Source: Balanoglossus misakiensis
Lineage: Eukaryota > Animalia > Hemichordata
DNA length: 64,000 nt
Assembly: GCA_040954595.2 (NCBI GenBank)
Contig: CM082596.2
Coordinates: 10,622,461-10,686,460 of the forward strand
Direction: 5' to 3'
The position numbers were made by a program, and so were the translations under genes. Below are positions 26,082-37,926 of the stretch, in pieces (the stretch's first letter is position 1; the number at the start of each line of letters is the position of its first letter). The notes beneath the pieces were generated by a model. The model made no database searches. It was given only the letters and a program-made list of their open reading frames with translations, and was not told the DNA's origin.

Positions 26082-26981
26082 AATCTTAGAGGTGCCTCTC
26101 AGGACCCTACAGCAAGAGTCACAAGATCAGTGGCTTGCAGTGTGATTGCATCTCCAACTGGCAAATTACAGGCTGATAATTGGCTCACAAAGCTGGTCAT
26201 GCGGCTTATCCCACAACAATTACTGGTATGTACACTGTTGATTTTTGTGTGGATAACATTGTTTTTGAAAGTGAGAGACAGTATGTATCACTATTTGTTT
26301 TCATGCATGAAGGCAGTATTGCCAAATTTCATGTGTGAGGGCACTATCACTCGATGTTGTGCCACAGAACAATGTTGCCAAATTTTAGAAGACTGGGTCA
26401 TTGAATGTTAGAAATTCAAAGCAATATTATCCACTTGGCAAAATCAAATCAAACAGAATATATTAGTAACACAATTGAATAGAATTTGCCCAATACGACA
26501 ATCTATTTCTCTCCTTTAATGGGGGTCACATAGGGACCATTAAGACGGTTCTGAAACGTCTCAGATCAAATACTGGCGTAAATTATTATGTGTAAATGGT
26601 TTAACTTGGTCCTGAAACATCTCAGATTTGAGACGGCTTTGCCAGCCAGACCTGAGCTGGTGGAAAGATTAACACCTCTCCGCAACCCATCTATGGGGCT
26701 GAGCCTCAGTGCCTATACATAAACTTTGTGTGTGTGGACACAAGGCGACTCAAATGATTAATGCTCTGTGTTTACCATAGGCAAATAGTGCCTCAAGTTT
26801 TACCCTGTGTGAACCTGGTATACCATACATGTAGCTGTATTCTATGAGTTATGTAGGTGTCAATGTTTCCCCTACAGCAATCACTGCCATGTTTTGCAAC
26901 TCACGCACTGTGGAGTTCCAGTTTATGAATAACAACCAGGAAGCATACAGATCTCTCTTCAGAATAATGTCTGGAGGATTT
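26082..26981 (+). pseudogene. MED25: MED25 ACID/PTOV-domain exons (26082-26225, 26878-26981), degenerate
   Basis: TRSVACSV...LQADNWLTKLVMRLIPQQLL|gt and MFCNSRTVEFQF.N.NQEAYRSLFRIMSGGF|gt resemble the MED25 PTOV domain as I recall it (TRSLPCQV...WPQKLIMQLIPQQLL / LFRNSRMVQFHF...LYRIMGNGF). The first acceptor appears mutated (caa) and the second exon is 104 nt, which shifts the frame. Confidence 0.82.
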
Positions 26982-27653
26982 GTAAGTATTATCTTATAAT
27001 TGCACTGTAAAATTGAAGGATCGTGTCAATTGTACTGCCATGCATCTGCAACTGACACTTTACATATTAAAGGCCATTTTCTCAATCCCAGGGCAGGACA
27101 ATGAAGGCAAATAAGAAATCCTTTGTGTTAGCACGCAACTGTTTATTGGAAAGAAAGGTTTTGACTCACTGTTGAGTAGGGCCTTTAAAGGGTCACTGTC
27201 TGCAATTTCTATTTTTTTTAGAATTTTGTTCTGTATATCAACTGCACTTTCAAGTACAGTCAAACCCGTCTAACACCAAAGGGACTGAAGAAATTGTTTG
27301 GATTGCAGGTGTCAAATTTAAAGAGGTTCTTTCAACATGTGGTTGTAGATACTCACCAACACATGTGTGTAATTAGTGAGTGGTTGCATGACATCAATGC
27401 ATGACAAAAGGTCATCACTGTGTAAGACTCAGAAATAGAATTTGAATACAAATCCTATTAAACAAAAAAACTCTAAAATTTACATGTTATTTTAACACCT
27501 GTTTACTCCTATAAAAGTGATTGCATGTGTTTGTGAGTTCTCTTCAATCTCGAAGCCATTGTTTAGGCCTCAGTTGGTGCATGCAGCTCCTAGACTTAGA
27601 AATAAAGTTTGGTTCAACTCAAAAGCCTCACGTCCAGTTGACCATCTCACACT

Positions 27654-27735
27654 TCTGGCACTGGTGGGATTCAAACCAACTCCATCAAAATGACTGCAGG
27701 TGCCTAAAACCGCTTGACTGTAGGACACAAATGCC
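27654..27735 (-). pseudogene. Degenerate tRNA-Leu-like sequence (tRNA pseudogene or SINE head)
   Basis: The - strand reads caagcggttttaggcac...gcagtc...tggagttggtttgaatcccaccagtgcca, with A-box and B-box-like words. The anticodon arm is not recognisable. Confidence 0.3.
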
Positions 27736-27948
27736 TGACAGTGATATAACTATGTTATAATGTTACATCGACAATATATAAGTTTGGGGATATTTTGTCT
27801 CAAATGATCAAATTGAGACAAATTATCCCCATCTTGTTATAAATCTGAGCCCAGGTGTCTTTGGTGTGAGATTTCAGTAGTCAAGAGTAGGCTTATCTTG
27901 AATAATGTAATGCTTGTAAATTATTTCTAATTTCTTCTTACCCTCCAG

Positions 27949-28071
27949 ATATGAACGAATGTCACAGTGGTGGAAATGCAAGTCAACACTATTGTCAGAA
28001 TACCCATGGTAGTTATCTCTGCACTTGCAGACCAGGATTCTATCTGCTGGATGATGGCCATGCATGTGGCG
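27949..28071 (+). pseudogene. Calcium-binding EGF-like exon (phase 1-1), orphan
   Basis: ag|(D)MNECHSGGNASQHYCQNTHGSYLCTCRPGFYLLDDGHACG|gt. Five of six Cys are present. Confidence 0.78.
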
Positions 28072-28531
28072 GTATGTAACTGTGGTCTCTGTTAGTCTCT
28101 TCTGTGGCTACATTGTTTGGGGATTGTATATTACTATGGTTACAATCAGCTAAACACACATCTTGTCTGTCCATTGCACACATTTTAAAATTTGAAATCA
28201 ACAGCACACTCGTACTGACAGGGTACACAAGTTTCAGGGGATTTTGTTAAAATGAGAATGATAGAGAGTGTTAAAATTCCTAGAAAAGGATCGCCATGGA
28301 TATTGAGGACTTTGGTGTAATTGATCAAGAAATATGTGGTTAAGAATATGTGTCATCAACCTCACACGATACTTTAAGACTGTCTGATATATTCATGGGC
28401 AAGTATTTTCACTACTTATATGCATAACTCAATCAAATTAACATAAATTATCAGCCTATAGCTAAATAAATTACCTCTGCAAAGAATAAATATACACTTA
28501 GAAAATTCATATAGTTTTCATCTCATGTTAA

Positions 28532-29251
28532 GGTGGCATTGCATGAAAAGTTGTGATTGTTGCTAAATTTTACTTTTTTACATAAATCGGTAGGTCTAAT
28601 ACTGATCAACATCCTGTCTAATACGTCTTGGCGGAAATGGTGCATAACCACCCCAAATAGCACTTTTCTGAATGAGTTCACAGCTTAACAAATAGGTGTC
28701 AACAATGCAAATGGCCGTTTTTCTCAGTTTGCATTTTTGCTGCTCTTGACAACTTCAGAAGAATTTAGCTTCGCTCTGCGTTGGCCGAATTTGCTCAAAT
28801 TTTAATAGGGTATTGTGTATGACCCATCCAACAAAACATATTTTTTTAGTCGATAAAGTTTCCCTGGCGGGAATAAACTCTGATTCAATACAACTCACTG
28901 TGAATTTGATCAAATTTTCTAAAAATCTAACTCTCAAACACTGTTACTCCTCAATGGAAGCAGATAACGCAAAACAAAATTACCGTGTTTTTTTTTGCAC
29001 GTGTACTCTAGTTTCGAGTGACATATTAAGTCAGCTTTTTTACCTAAATTGAATTTAATGACATAATATCAAGAAATGTTTTTTTTTAACCCAAAAACGC
29101 CTCGATTTCCGGGGATCAATAATATATGCAACTCAAACAAAAGCTCAAAAACTCAGCTTCCAGAATATATATGGTTTATGGGGGTTTTAACGTTGTCTTT
29201 GATGAGAAATAGGCCTCTGAAAAAGTCTCGACGGTTTCATGCAATGCCACC
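28532..29251. mobile_element. TTAA element family C (Kolobok-like), copy 1
   Basis: TTAA|ggtggcattgcatgaaa ... tttcatgcaatgccacc|TTAA. Closely similar to 34541-35273. Confidence 0.9.
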
Positions 29252-29339
29252 TTAAAGACATTACAAAATGCTTCTCTGAGGGTAGAGTAATTTTTTTTAC
29301 GGGTATATTCTTGATCACTAATCACCATGAATGATCATT

Positions 29340-29465
29340 TCAAAACTTAACAAGGCATATGGCTAAAAAAGGATTCAGTGTTTGTGCACCTTCTATCTGC
29401 AATGCTGGATCTATTAACAGTTTGCAAAGGGGTTTAAAGACTCGTCTTTTTATTCAGCACTATTT
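29340..29465 (+). mobile_element. Degenerate 3' end of an L2/CR1-group LINE
   Basis: Translates to FSVCAPSICN...SLQRGLKTRLF, like the FS..AP..WN...FK..LKT.LF terminus of L2-type ORF2. Confidence 0.5.
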
Positions 29466-29544
29466 CATTCCATTGTTTTTTTGGTTTATAGGGATTGTCT
29501 TTCAGAACTGTTTCTGTTTGTTTTGGGTTTTTCAGTGTAATTTT

Positions 29545-31474
29545 TTCTTTTTTTTTTCTTTAAAGTAATGTTTATTCAACTCAAATTAACGTACATTTTT
29601 ACATCCCACTCAATTAACATACATTTTTACACATGCGTCTGATAAAGGCAAGATCCAACTTTACAATGTTTCTGTTCATTATCAATATTTCAAATACATA
29701 TAGTTATGGTGAACTCTATAATAATTTTACATCTCAAAGAAGACTTAGACACTCATGAATTTTTCCATCCTTTTTTATCTGTTGAGAGTACGTTAACTCT
29801 TCTATTAATAATCGGCGTATGTGATTTTCGTTAATAATTCTTGCTTTGTATACACAAAAAGTTGCCACCATTATGATCATATTTAGTGATTCAAGCTTGT
29901 CACATTCCATCATGTACCCAAATACAATATGCTTCCAAATTAGCTTTATGTTAATATTGTACACAGTATTAATAAGAACGTTCAGTCTTTTCCAAAAATG
30001 TTTCACAACAGAGCAATCAAAAAGAAAATGCATGCAGTCATCCGTACATTTACATATTTCACAATTTGGATTGTCTGCTTTCTTCCATTTCCACAGATTT
30101 AAACCGTGTGGGATTTTGTTGTAAAGTAAAAAATAATTAAATTGGGCAATTTTTTTAACACCCATGTCTTTTATTTTAATTTTCATGATTAACGCCCAGT
30201 TTATGTGTTCTGTATCACAACTATTTGCCCAAAATGTCGGCGCATATGACTTCAACGCCTTTCTGTTCACAATGTTCCAATAAAAATCTTTGCATAAAAA
30301 ATCATGTATATTTTTGTATTTCCCTGTGTGATCTTTTTTCATTATTGTCTTTATATCTCGATTTACACACAGAAAGTTCTTAGCAGACATCATTCTTCTC
30401 TTCCATTCGTTTGGTATGGCTTTTTTCAGTATTAAATACTGTGTTATCCAATTTCTTTTGTTTTTCAATTTTTCTAATAAATAGCCCCGTTTCATGAAAA
30501 CACCTTTTTGAAACAAATCTGAAACATACATTATGTTGCAGTCAATCCATTCAGTAAAAAACAAGACTCTATTATTACATGTTATATGTTGATTTCCCCA
30601 AATTACTTCCTCTCCAATATTGTTCGGAGACATTTTAACCTTGTTGTTATTCATGACAATATCGTACCAGCTAAATAGAACATTTCTGTAAAAGTTTGGA
30701 ATGTTTCTCGTAATGAAAGTTAAACCTCTTTTGTCAAAATTATAAGAGAAGATATTTTTGATCCCTCCGAAATCTTTGAAATAAAAATCAATCACTGCTT
30801 TCCACGTATCACAATTAGCTTTCATGAGCCGTTCCACCCATCTGCATTTCAGTGCCTTCACCATTGACCTGATATCAATCATTTGTACCCCTCCCTTTTC
30901 ATATTTATTTATAATGATTTCCCTCTTAATCTTCCCTTTTTTCCCACTCCATAAAAAATCATAGAACAAACTACTTAATCTATTTATCACGGCATCAGGA
31001 AAGTCAATCATCGATGCCAAATATGTTATTTTCGACATGGCTAAACATTTAATAATTGTGATTTTTCCAAAAATTGACAAATATCTTTTCTTCCATGAAT
31101 CTAAGAGTATTTCAATTCTGTCAATCTTAGTATCCCAATTTAACTTCCTTACTTCCTCTTCAAAACGTTCATATCCAAAATAAACACCCAATACTTTAAT
31201 TGGTTTATCAGGCCATGAAATCAAGCCAAGGTTGTTCTTAGCTTTCCAGCCTCCTAGTTTTAAGCCTTCCGTCTTGTCTCTATTTAGTTTCAAACCAGAA
31301 TACTTCCCATACTCATCAATCAAGTTAAGTAAACGCATGAGAGATTTTTCTTTGCTTAAGTATACCTGCATATCATCAGCTAATTGTGTGATCTTAACTT
31401 TATAATTATTAACTTTGAAACCCTCTATTTCGTTATCATTTCTAATTACAGTTGCAAGAATTTCTGCTACTATA
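29545..31474 (-). mobile_element. 5'-truncated L1/Tx1-clade non-LTR retrotransposon (RT C-terminal half plus zinc-binding CCHC tail)
   Basis: Open frame from ~31474 to 29734 with QLADD, SGLKLNRDKT, IKVLGVYF, FLWSGK and C..C...DD..HFLFDC. AATAAA and an A-rich tail at ~29545-29577 on -. TSD agtgtaatttt at 29534-29544 and 31475-31485. The first ~22 aa of the tracked ORF are flanking DNA. Confidence 0.92.
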
Positions 31475-31618
31475 AGTGTAATTTTGTATCCTTTAAGCTT
31501 CAACTTGTTTTCTAATTTTATTATTTTCTGTAGAAAATGCACTGAAATGTATGTGTATTACATTTGTTAGGAAATAAATAATAATAAATTTATTAATAAT
31601 AACTATCTTTGATTTCAG

Positions 31619-31735
31619 ATGTCAATGAATATATGGAGAGAGCAGATCTTTGTGAAGTCCAGTGTGTGAATACAGCAGGCTCTTTTTATTGCACTTGTGC
31701 TGTGGAATATTGATTGGTCAATGGAGAGTGTACAG
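31619..31735 (+). pseudogene. Second cbEGF-like exon (phase 1-1) with an in-frame stop
   Basis: ag|(D)VNEYMERADLCEVQCVNTAGSFYCTCAVEY*LVNGECT|gtaag. The first Cys is replaced by Tyr and a TGA lies inside. Confidence 0.78.
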
Positions 31736-31749
31736 GTAAGATCAACACA

Positions 31750-32106
31750 ATATAGAAATAATGCACGACACCCTGACCATTAACGTTTATTTATGGGCAA
31801 GGGCGAGGGGAAAGCCAAAAATTCATGGGCAAGGCTTCTGAGCCCATGAAATTTGGCTGTCCTCGAGCCCGAGCCCTGCATTTATTTCCATTACATTACC
31901 AACAATCTCAATAAAACCTTCAATATTTATGAAAATGTCCCACACACAAGACTAGGGGCAAAATGTTGTGTTCATTGAACTGTTTGCTAATATTACTATT
32001 CAGATTTACGGGCATGTAAACAAACCATTACTGGGTATTTGTGGTCAGTGATGTCGTTCATCTTGACCAATTAAAATGCGACGCACAGACCATAGTAATA
32101 TAATAT
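31750..32106. repeat. Short element with terminal GC-rich hairpin (class uncertain)
   Basis: aaataatgca...gggcaagggcgagg..agccaaaattcatgggc..gcccatgaaatttggct..cctcgagcccgagccc..tgcatttattt forms a long stem at ~31756-31887. Confidence 0.45.
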
Positions 32107-34540
32107 GTGGGCAAGGAAAGGTCCTGTATCTGTAACTTTTGAATTTTTATTCAGTATTATTCTGGTTATCACCCATCATTTCTTGTTCAGCTCGGTGAAG
32201 CAGGGTAAGCAATGTTGTTATTGTTTACAAATTGTATCCAAGCCTGTGTCTGGACTTGGATGCAATTTGTCAATAATAACAGTGATTGGTAACTGCATGT
32301 TTTCATAACTGGCTATCTGTTAAAGAGACCATTTGCTGTGTGTACAGTACACATGCCATTGGCAGCTTATGGGTCAGCCAGTGTTTGCCTGTTAATCTCT
32401 CGATGTGTGTGTGTGTTATTCTGTCTGTACAGTCAGATCGCACGGTACTCATTAACATATGTTCATGAGGGAAAGTACTTCAAACCATGTAGCCGTTAGA
32501 GTGGGCCCCGCTGAAGGGTCGCGAAATAGGCCATTTTTTACGCGACATTATAGAGCTGATTTCAGGCGAGGAGGACTGTGTACAAAATTGAGTATAGACA
32601 ACTCAGGTTTTAAAGGATTTTCATCATTTCCACTGTGTCAACGTCACTACATCCTTGCTATGAGAAAAAGCCATCCCTTGTGTACTTCGTGCTTATCACG
32701 GGCAAACAATTTGTTTAAAATCCCTGATTTTGATATGGTGCAAACATTTCACTAACAGACTAACACACTTTTTGCCCTTACTCAAGACAGCCTGATTTGT
32801 TTGAAATGTTATCAAACATTTGTTGCTTTTAGCGGAAAAAGCCAGGTGTAGTATTCAACAAGGCCTAATTATGTCGAGTGATATAGCACTTGCTGAAGAA
32901 ATTAAAAAATATGTCACAATGCTACAAAAAGGCTGCAGCTGTGACACCGACTTGGTGAATTTTGCATGCTGGAAAACTGTTGTCTTTTTAGGAGAAGTGC
33001 TCCTCAGAAAACATGCCATTCTATTGTTTGACGTTGGGCAATATTTTAATGATTTTTTAGACAATGAATATCAGACTTTGCGACCCATTGTCAAGTTACA
33101 ACGAGTGGAATTTCCACAGAAAACCTAATAGCTGGCTTATTCGGGAATTTCTATGTGTGTATTATCCAATTCACCTTTCTGTTGTATCAAAAGTGAGTAG
33201 AAAGTTCTCCACCTTTTTGTACCGAACAGGTTCAGATCTCACTATTGCCCTCCAAAATGCACTTGTCGAACATCCTCAGTATGTTGTGCAAGCTGAGAAA
33301 CAGATAGAGAGGCTTGAAAAGCAAGTAAGAGACTTGAGTAAAGTTGACGTTGACTTTTTCAAAATGCTTGATTTGGTGGCTGTGAAATCAAATGCCAGCA
33401 TTTATCAGCAATCTCAAGAATTCAGTAATTACTGCAAAACAAACATTGTTGATCTGAGTACACTTGATGTTGAATATATTGTCAGTGAGATTGACCCTGT
33501 GTTATGGAACACTGTTGTATATTTAACGTTGAACAACAGTGAACGCAGTAAATTAAAAAGCTCCAACTTTGAATGGAATAAACACTACTATGGATTTTAT
33601 GACCAGCACTCTATGGAGAGTAGAGCACGATTCCTCAGGCGTTTGTTTTGTGTGTATGCTATTGTTCATTTGTTCTGATCATTGTACTTACCCATTGCAT
33701 ACTTACCTGGCTGACATTGTTGAAGGTTATAGTCGGTCATCTACTCTAGTGAAAATTCTAAATTGATTTGGTATTATTTGTTCTGGAGATACATTGCATA
33801 GATACATGTTGGGAGTTATCAACAAAAGAACATCAGCTGATTTCACAGAGGAAAATATTGCAAATAATGCATTTTGTTTAACTTCCATTGGCAATATTGA
33901 TAAATCAGCTAAATATGCAGCTGTTACAGCTGATCCAAAGGACAGAGGTTTCCACGGTACCTCTTATCAAATGGTCCAACCAAAACCATAGTCAATTCTG
34001 AACAGTATTGATGATATTGTTTTTGGCAGTCATGACAAACATTCAACTGTCAAAGATTTTAAGCTAATCAACATTTATTGTGATGGAAGGTGCTTTTTCA
34101 GGAGCATCTCTGTGAGAAATGATTTTGCATTTCGAAATTGCGATCGTCTACTTAATGGACTCCCTTTTGACCCAATTTTAGCTGACCGAGAGAAAATATT
34201 TGCAGACAAGTTAAGAGCAGATACATTAGACATAATACGTGGCAATCATATATACTTTGAAGGACTGGATGATGCACAACTTGATGCCCTGTTAGACAGC
34301 ACTCGTTATATGGACATTTTGCACAGAACACAATGTATGGAAAAGGCAGATGAATATGCTGGTATGCCAGAAATGTTATATGTAGTGTATGTTGCAAAAT
34401 GTCCATTACATATATACACCAAGCAGAATAATATTATTTGCAAGAGGTGATGGTTATGTGTTCTCCAAGACTGAGCCTGTCTGTCTCTTGTACACACCAG
34501 ACATGCCAGGTCAACCAGGCCATTATGATTTGCTTCTTAA

Positions 34541-35273
34541 GGTGGCATTGCATGAAAAGTTGTGATTTTTGCCAAATTTTAATTTTTTACATAAATCAGT
34601 AGGCCTAATACTGACCCACAACATGACTAATACGTCTTGGCGGAAATGGTGCATAATCACCCCAAAATAGCACTTTTCTGAATGAGTTCACAGCTTAACA
34701 AATAGGTGTCAACAATGCAAATAGCCGTTTTTCTCAGTTTGCATTTTCGCTGCTCTTGACAACTTCAGACTAAAATAGCTTCGCCCTGCGTTGGCCGAAT
34801 TTGCTCAAATTTTGAAAGGGAATTGTGTATGACCCATCCAACAAAACGCTAGTTTTGTTTGTCGATAAAGTGTCCCTGGCGGGAATAAACTCTGATTCAA
34901 TACAACTCACCGTGAATTTGATCAAATTTTCTGAAAATCTAACTTTTAAACGCTGTTACTCCTCAATGGAAGCAGATAACGCAAAACAAAATTAGCGTTT
35001 TTTTGCACGTGTACTCTAGTTTTGAATGACATATTAAGATGCATGATGCATGGTCAACTTTTTTACCTATTTTAAATTTCATGACATAATATCAAAAAAT
35101 GTGTTTTTTCACCCAAAATCGCCACTATTTCCGGGGATCAATAATATTTGCAACTCAAACAAAAGTTCAAAATCTCAGCTTCCAGAATATATATGGTTTA
35201 TGGGGGTTTTAACTTTTTCTTTGATGAGAAATAGGCCTCTGAAAAAGTCTCGACGGTTTCATGCAGTGCCACC
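34541..35273. mobile_element. TTAA element family C, copy 2, inserted in the Academ ORF
   Basis: TTAA|ggtggcattgcatgaaa ... tttcatgcagtgccacc|TTAA. Excision restores HYDLLLNRLLIKSK. Confidence 0.92.
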
Positions 35274-36357
35274 TTAACAGGCTGTTAATTAAAAGTAAAG
35301 ATGGTCTGGTGAATGAAAATGCACAGAATTCATTTGAATGGTGGCATGAATTAAACAGTGGCTTTTGTTCACAAAATACAGTAGACTCTGAAATGAATGA
35401 AATTGTTGGCAATTTTCCTTGTGGAAATAATACTAAAATCATGGTTGACAGAGGTTTGAGTGCACCTGTGAGAAAAGCCTGTACATTTACGGAGAAAAAA
35501 TCCAATGATACTGTTCATGATGATGTAGTATTTAAACCACCTCTACTGAGACAACATCAACCACGGTCATCAATTTCGCTGTCAGATTTTGACATTAAAC
35601 AAGAAGAAGCCATTGCTTGGTCAGAACTGTTTTCTGACAATTCATTTTTGCTCTACAGAAAAATGCAATGCACAGAGCTGATATAGAAACAGTATTTGGG
35701 GATTTTAAATCAACATTAGCAACAACTGCTAACAGTAATGACAGTGAATGCTCAAATGTCATTTATTTGGGCATATCAAGTGAACACGCAGACACCATTG
35801 AAACTGTCCATAACATTATCAATAAGCTGTATATGTTACATTCAGAGTTGGTGTAAGAATAAAATACCTGGTTGTGGTTGGTGATGGGAAAACTTTCCAT
35901 CACCTGATAAAGTTAAAAGACATGTATGGTGCAAATTTAGACTGGTTGCAGCCTTTTATCAGAGACTGGCACACTCTAAAAAATTACCAACCAGTCATCA
36001 TTAAAATATTCTGGGATGTTGGCTTAAAACATCTGGCAGGGTTCAATCATAAAGGGGGAACTTTGGAAACCCTAATACAGTGTACAAATTTCAAGCTAAC
36101 TCATCGCTTCCTAATACAAATTTGGGAAAGTATGTTTAGATGTCTTGTCAATTCCTTTTTGAATATGAGGGGTGAAACCCATAATACCCAGCACTGTCCC
36201 TTAAATACAGAAACAGTCCAAAAATGTTTACTAGAAGCTGTCACAAAATCTTTGGAATGTACTGAAGATAAAGCTGATCATATTGACAAAATTAATGGTG
36301 ACCTTAAGGCTCAACTTACTCGCTTGCAAGATGAATTTCAGATTTTTTGTGACAGAA

Positions 36358-37047
36358 CACAGTACGATATTTTACCCACAATTCTCCATGATTTGTATCA
36401 TCGAAGGTTGCCCATTTAATAACTTTTTCTGGTTTAGATACTAACAATGATATGAAGTACATATAAATATATTTATTTTTATCTAGGAAAAGTACATTGA
36501 GGAATTAGAGTGAAAATTCCAAAATCAAAATTTAAAAGCCATAAGAATCAAAGTATTCATGTACTGCAAATGCCAAGCAATGATTGACTGAGGTGGCCAG
36601 TCTCTGTTGAAAGTTATCAATCAATCAATGAATCAGAAAAAATTGTATAGCGCCAGTATCTATAACACGTGTCATACTCAAATGCGCTTGTTAGGGCAAA
36701 GTTAACATGTAAATTTCCATTCTTCTGTCAAAAGAAAATATCAATATCTTTTTGTTTGATTAAACAGGTGTTTCAAGTGTCCCTGTTGTACTCCAAACTT
36801 TTTTGTATGGCTGGCTATGCAATTACTTGATTATTTTATAAAATTCGTATCTCCTCTCTCAATAATACATAATTTTCTAAATCATTTGAAATGGTAATTG
36901 ACAATAAGATTCAACTTAAAAGTAAGATCTCAACATTTCTATTAGTGGTCTACAATTCTCTCTACACATGTGAACTTTGCCTGGTTTGACTGAGTAATCT
37001 CTGATTGTACAAATCAGAATGAATTATGGGAGTTTTCACGTACTGTG
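36358..37047. mobile_element. Non-autonomous Transib/RAG-like element
   Basis: CAGAA|cacagtacg ... cgtactgtg|CAGAA (5-bp TSD at 36353-36357 and 37048-37052). Excision restores FQIFCDRRANTDKTFKFW in the Academ frame. Confidence 0.82.
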
Positions 37048-37799
37048 CAGAAGGGCAAATACAGACAAAACTTTCAAATTTTGGGTTAGATTTATAGAGG
37101 AAGATTTGTTTGCATACATGTCTTTGTACATTGCAATAAGGTCAGGAAATTGGACCCTTCGAATATTGGCTTTGAAATAAATGAACCCACTGTTCCATGC
37201 ATATGACCGATCCCTGTACTTGAGGTTAATTCCCAGACATCTTGCTGACCTTCTGAAGATGCCAAACTCTCTGTTGTTACATTTCAAAGCAGGTGGTTTT
37301 GTTTGAAATTTGTCAGGCTCAACTTGGGTTAATGTAGCACTAGATGAAGCCCATGAAATGTGCATCAATAAAGATGTTAAAGCTGCACTGCATACTTCTA
37401 CAGGTGGGTTAATGGAGAGAATAGCAATTTATTTACCCTATAGAGCTATGGCTGCCAAGAATCTAAAAGATCAGTTATTTCCTTTCCAAAATGAAACCCA
37501 TAATTCAGTTAGCGTACATAAAATACATGAGTCAAACTGCAGGTTGTATATCAAATGTCTTGAAGGTGCTGATGTATTTTCACCACTTAATACCGCCAGG
37601 GAGCTAACTAATATATTTTCAGATGACTCAGCAACAAATAGCGTCAAGGACACTGTGGTCTTATTTGAGGACTATGCAGAAACAGTGACACACCAGATTA
37701 AAAATAACAGGTGACATTGCAAGCAGATATGATCTAAGATATAGAAATATGGAATGTAAAAAAAATAACAAGGAACATGCCCAATAAACTGTCATGTGT

Positions 37800-37926
37800 C
37801 ATGACAACTTTTTGATGCGGATGGACATACAGACATACATCCATACATCCATCCATACATCCATACATACATACAGACGCAACTGATCCCAAAAGGTCCC
37901 ATGGTACATACCAATGGGACCTAATA
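37800..37926 (-). repeat. Truncated copy of the HINE-like repeat head, within a ~290-bp insertion (~37650-37940) in the Academ ORF
   Basis: The - strand reads taggtcccattggtatgtaccatgggaccttttgggatcagttgcgtctgtatg..., homologous to 23036-23150. Confidence 0.65.
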
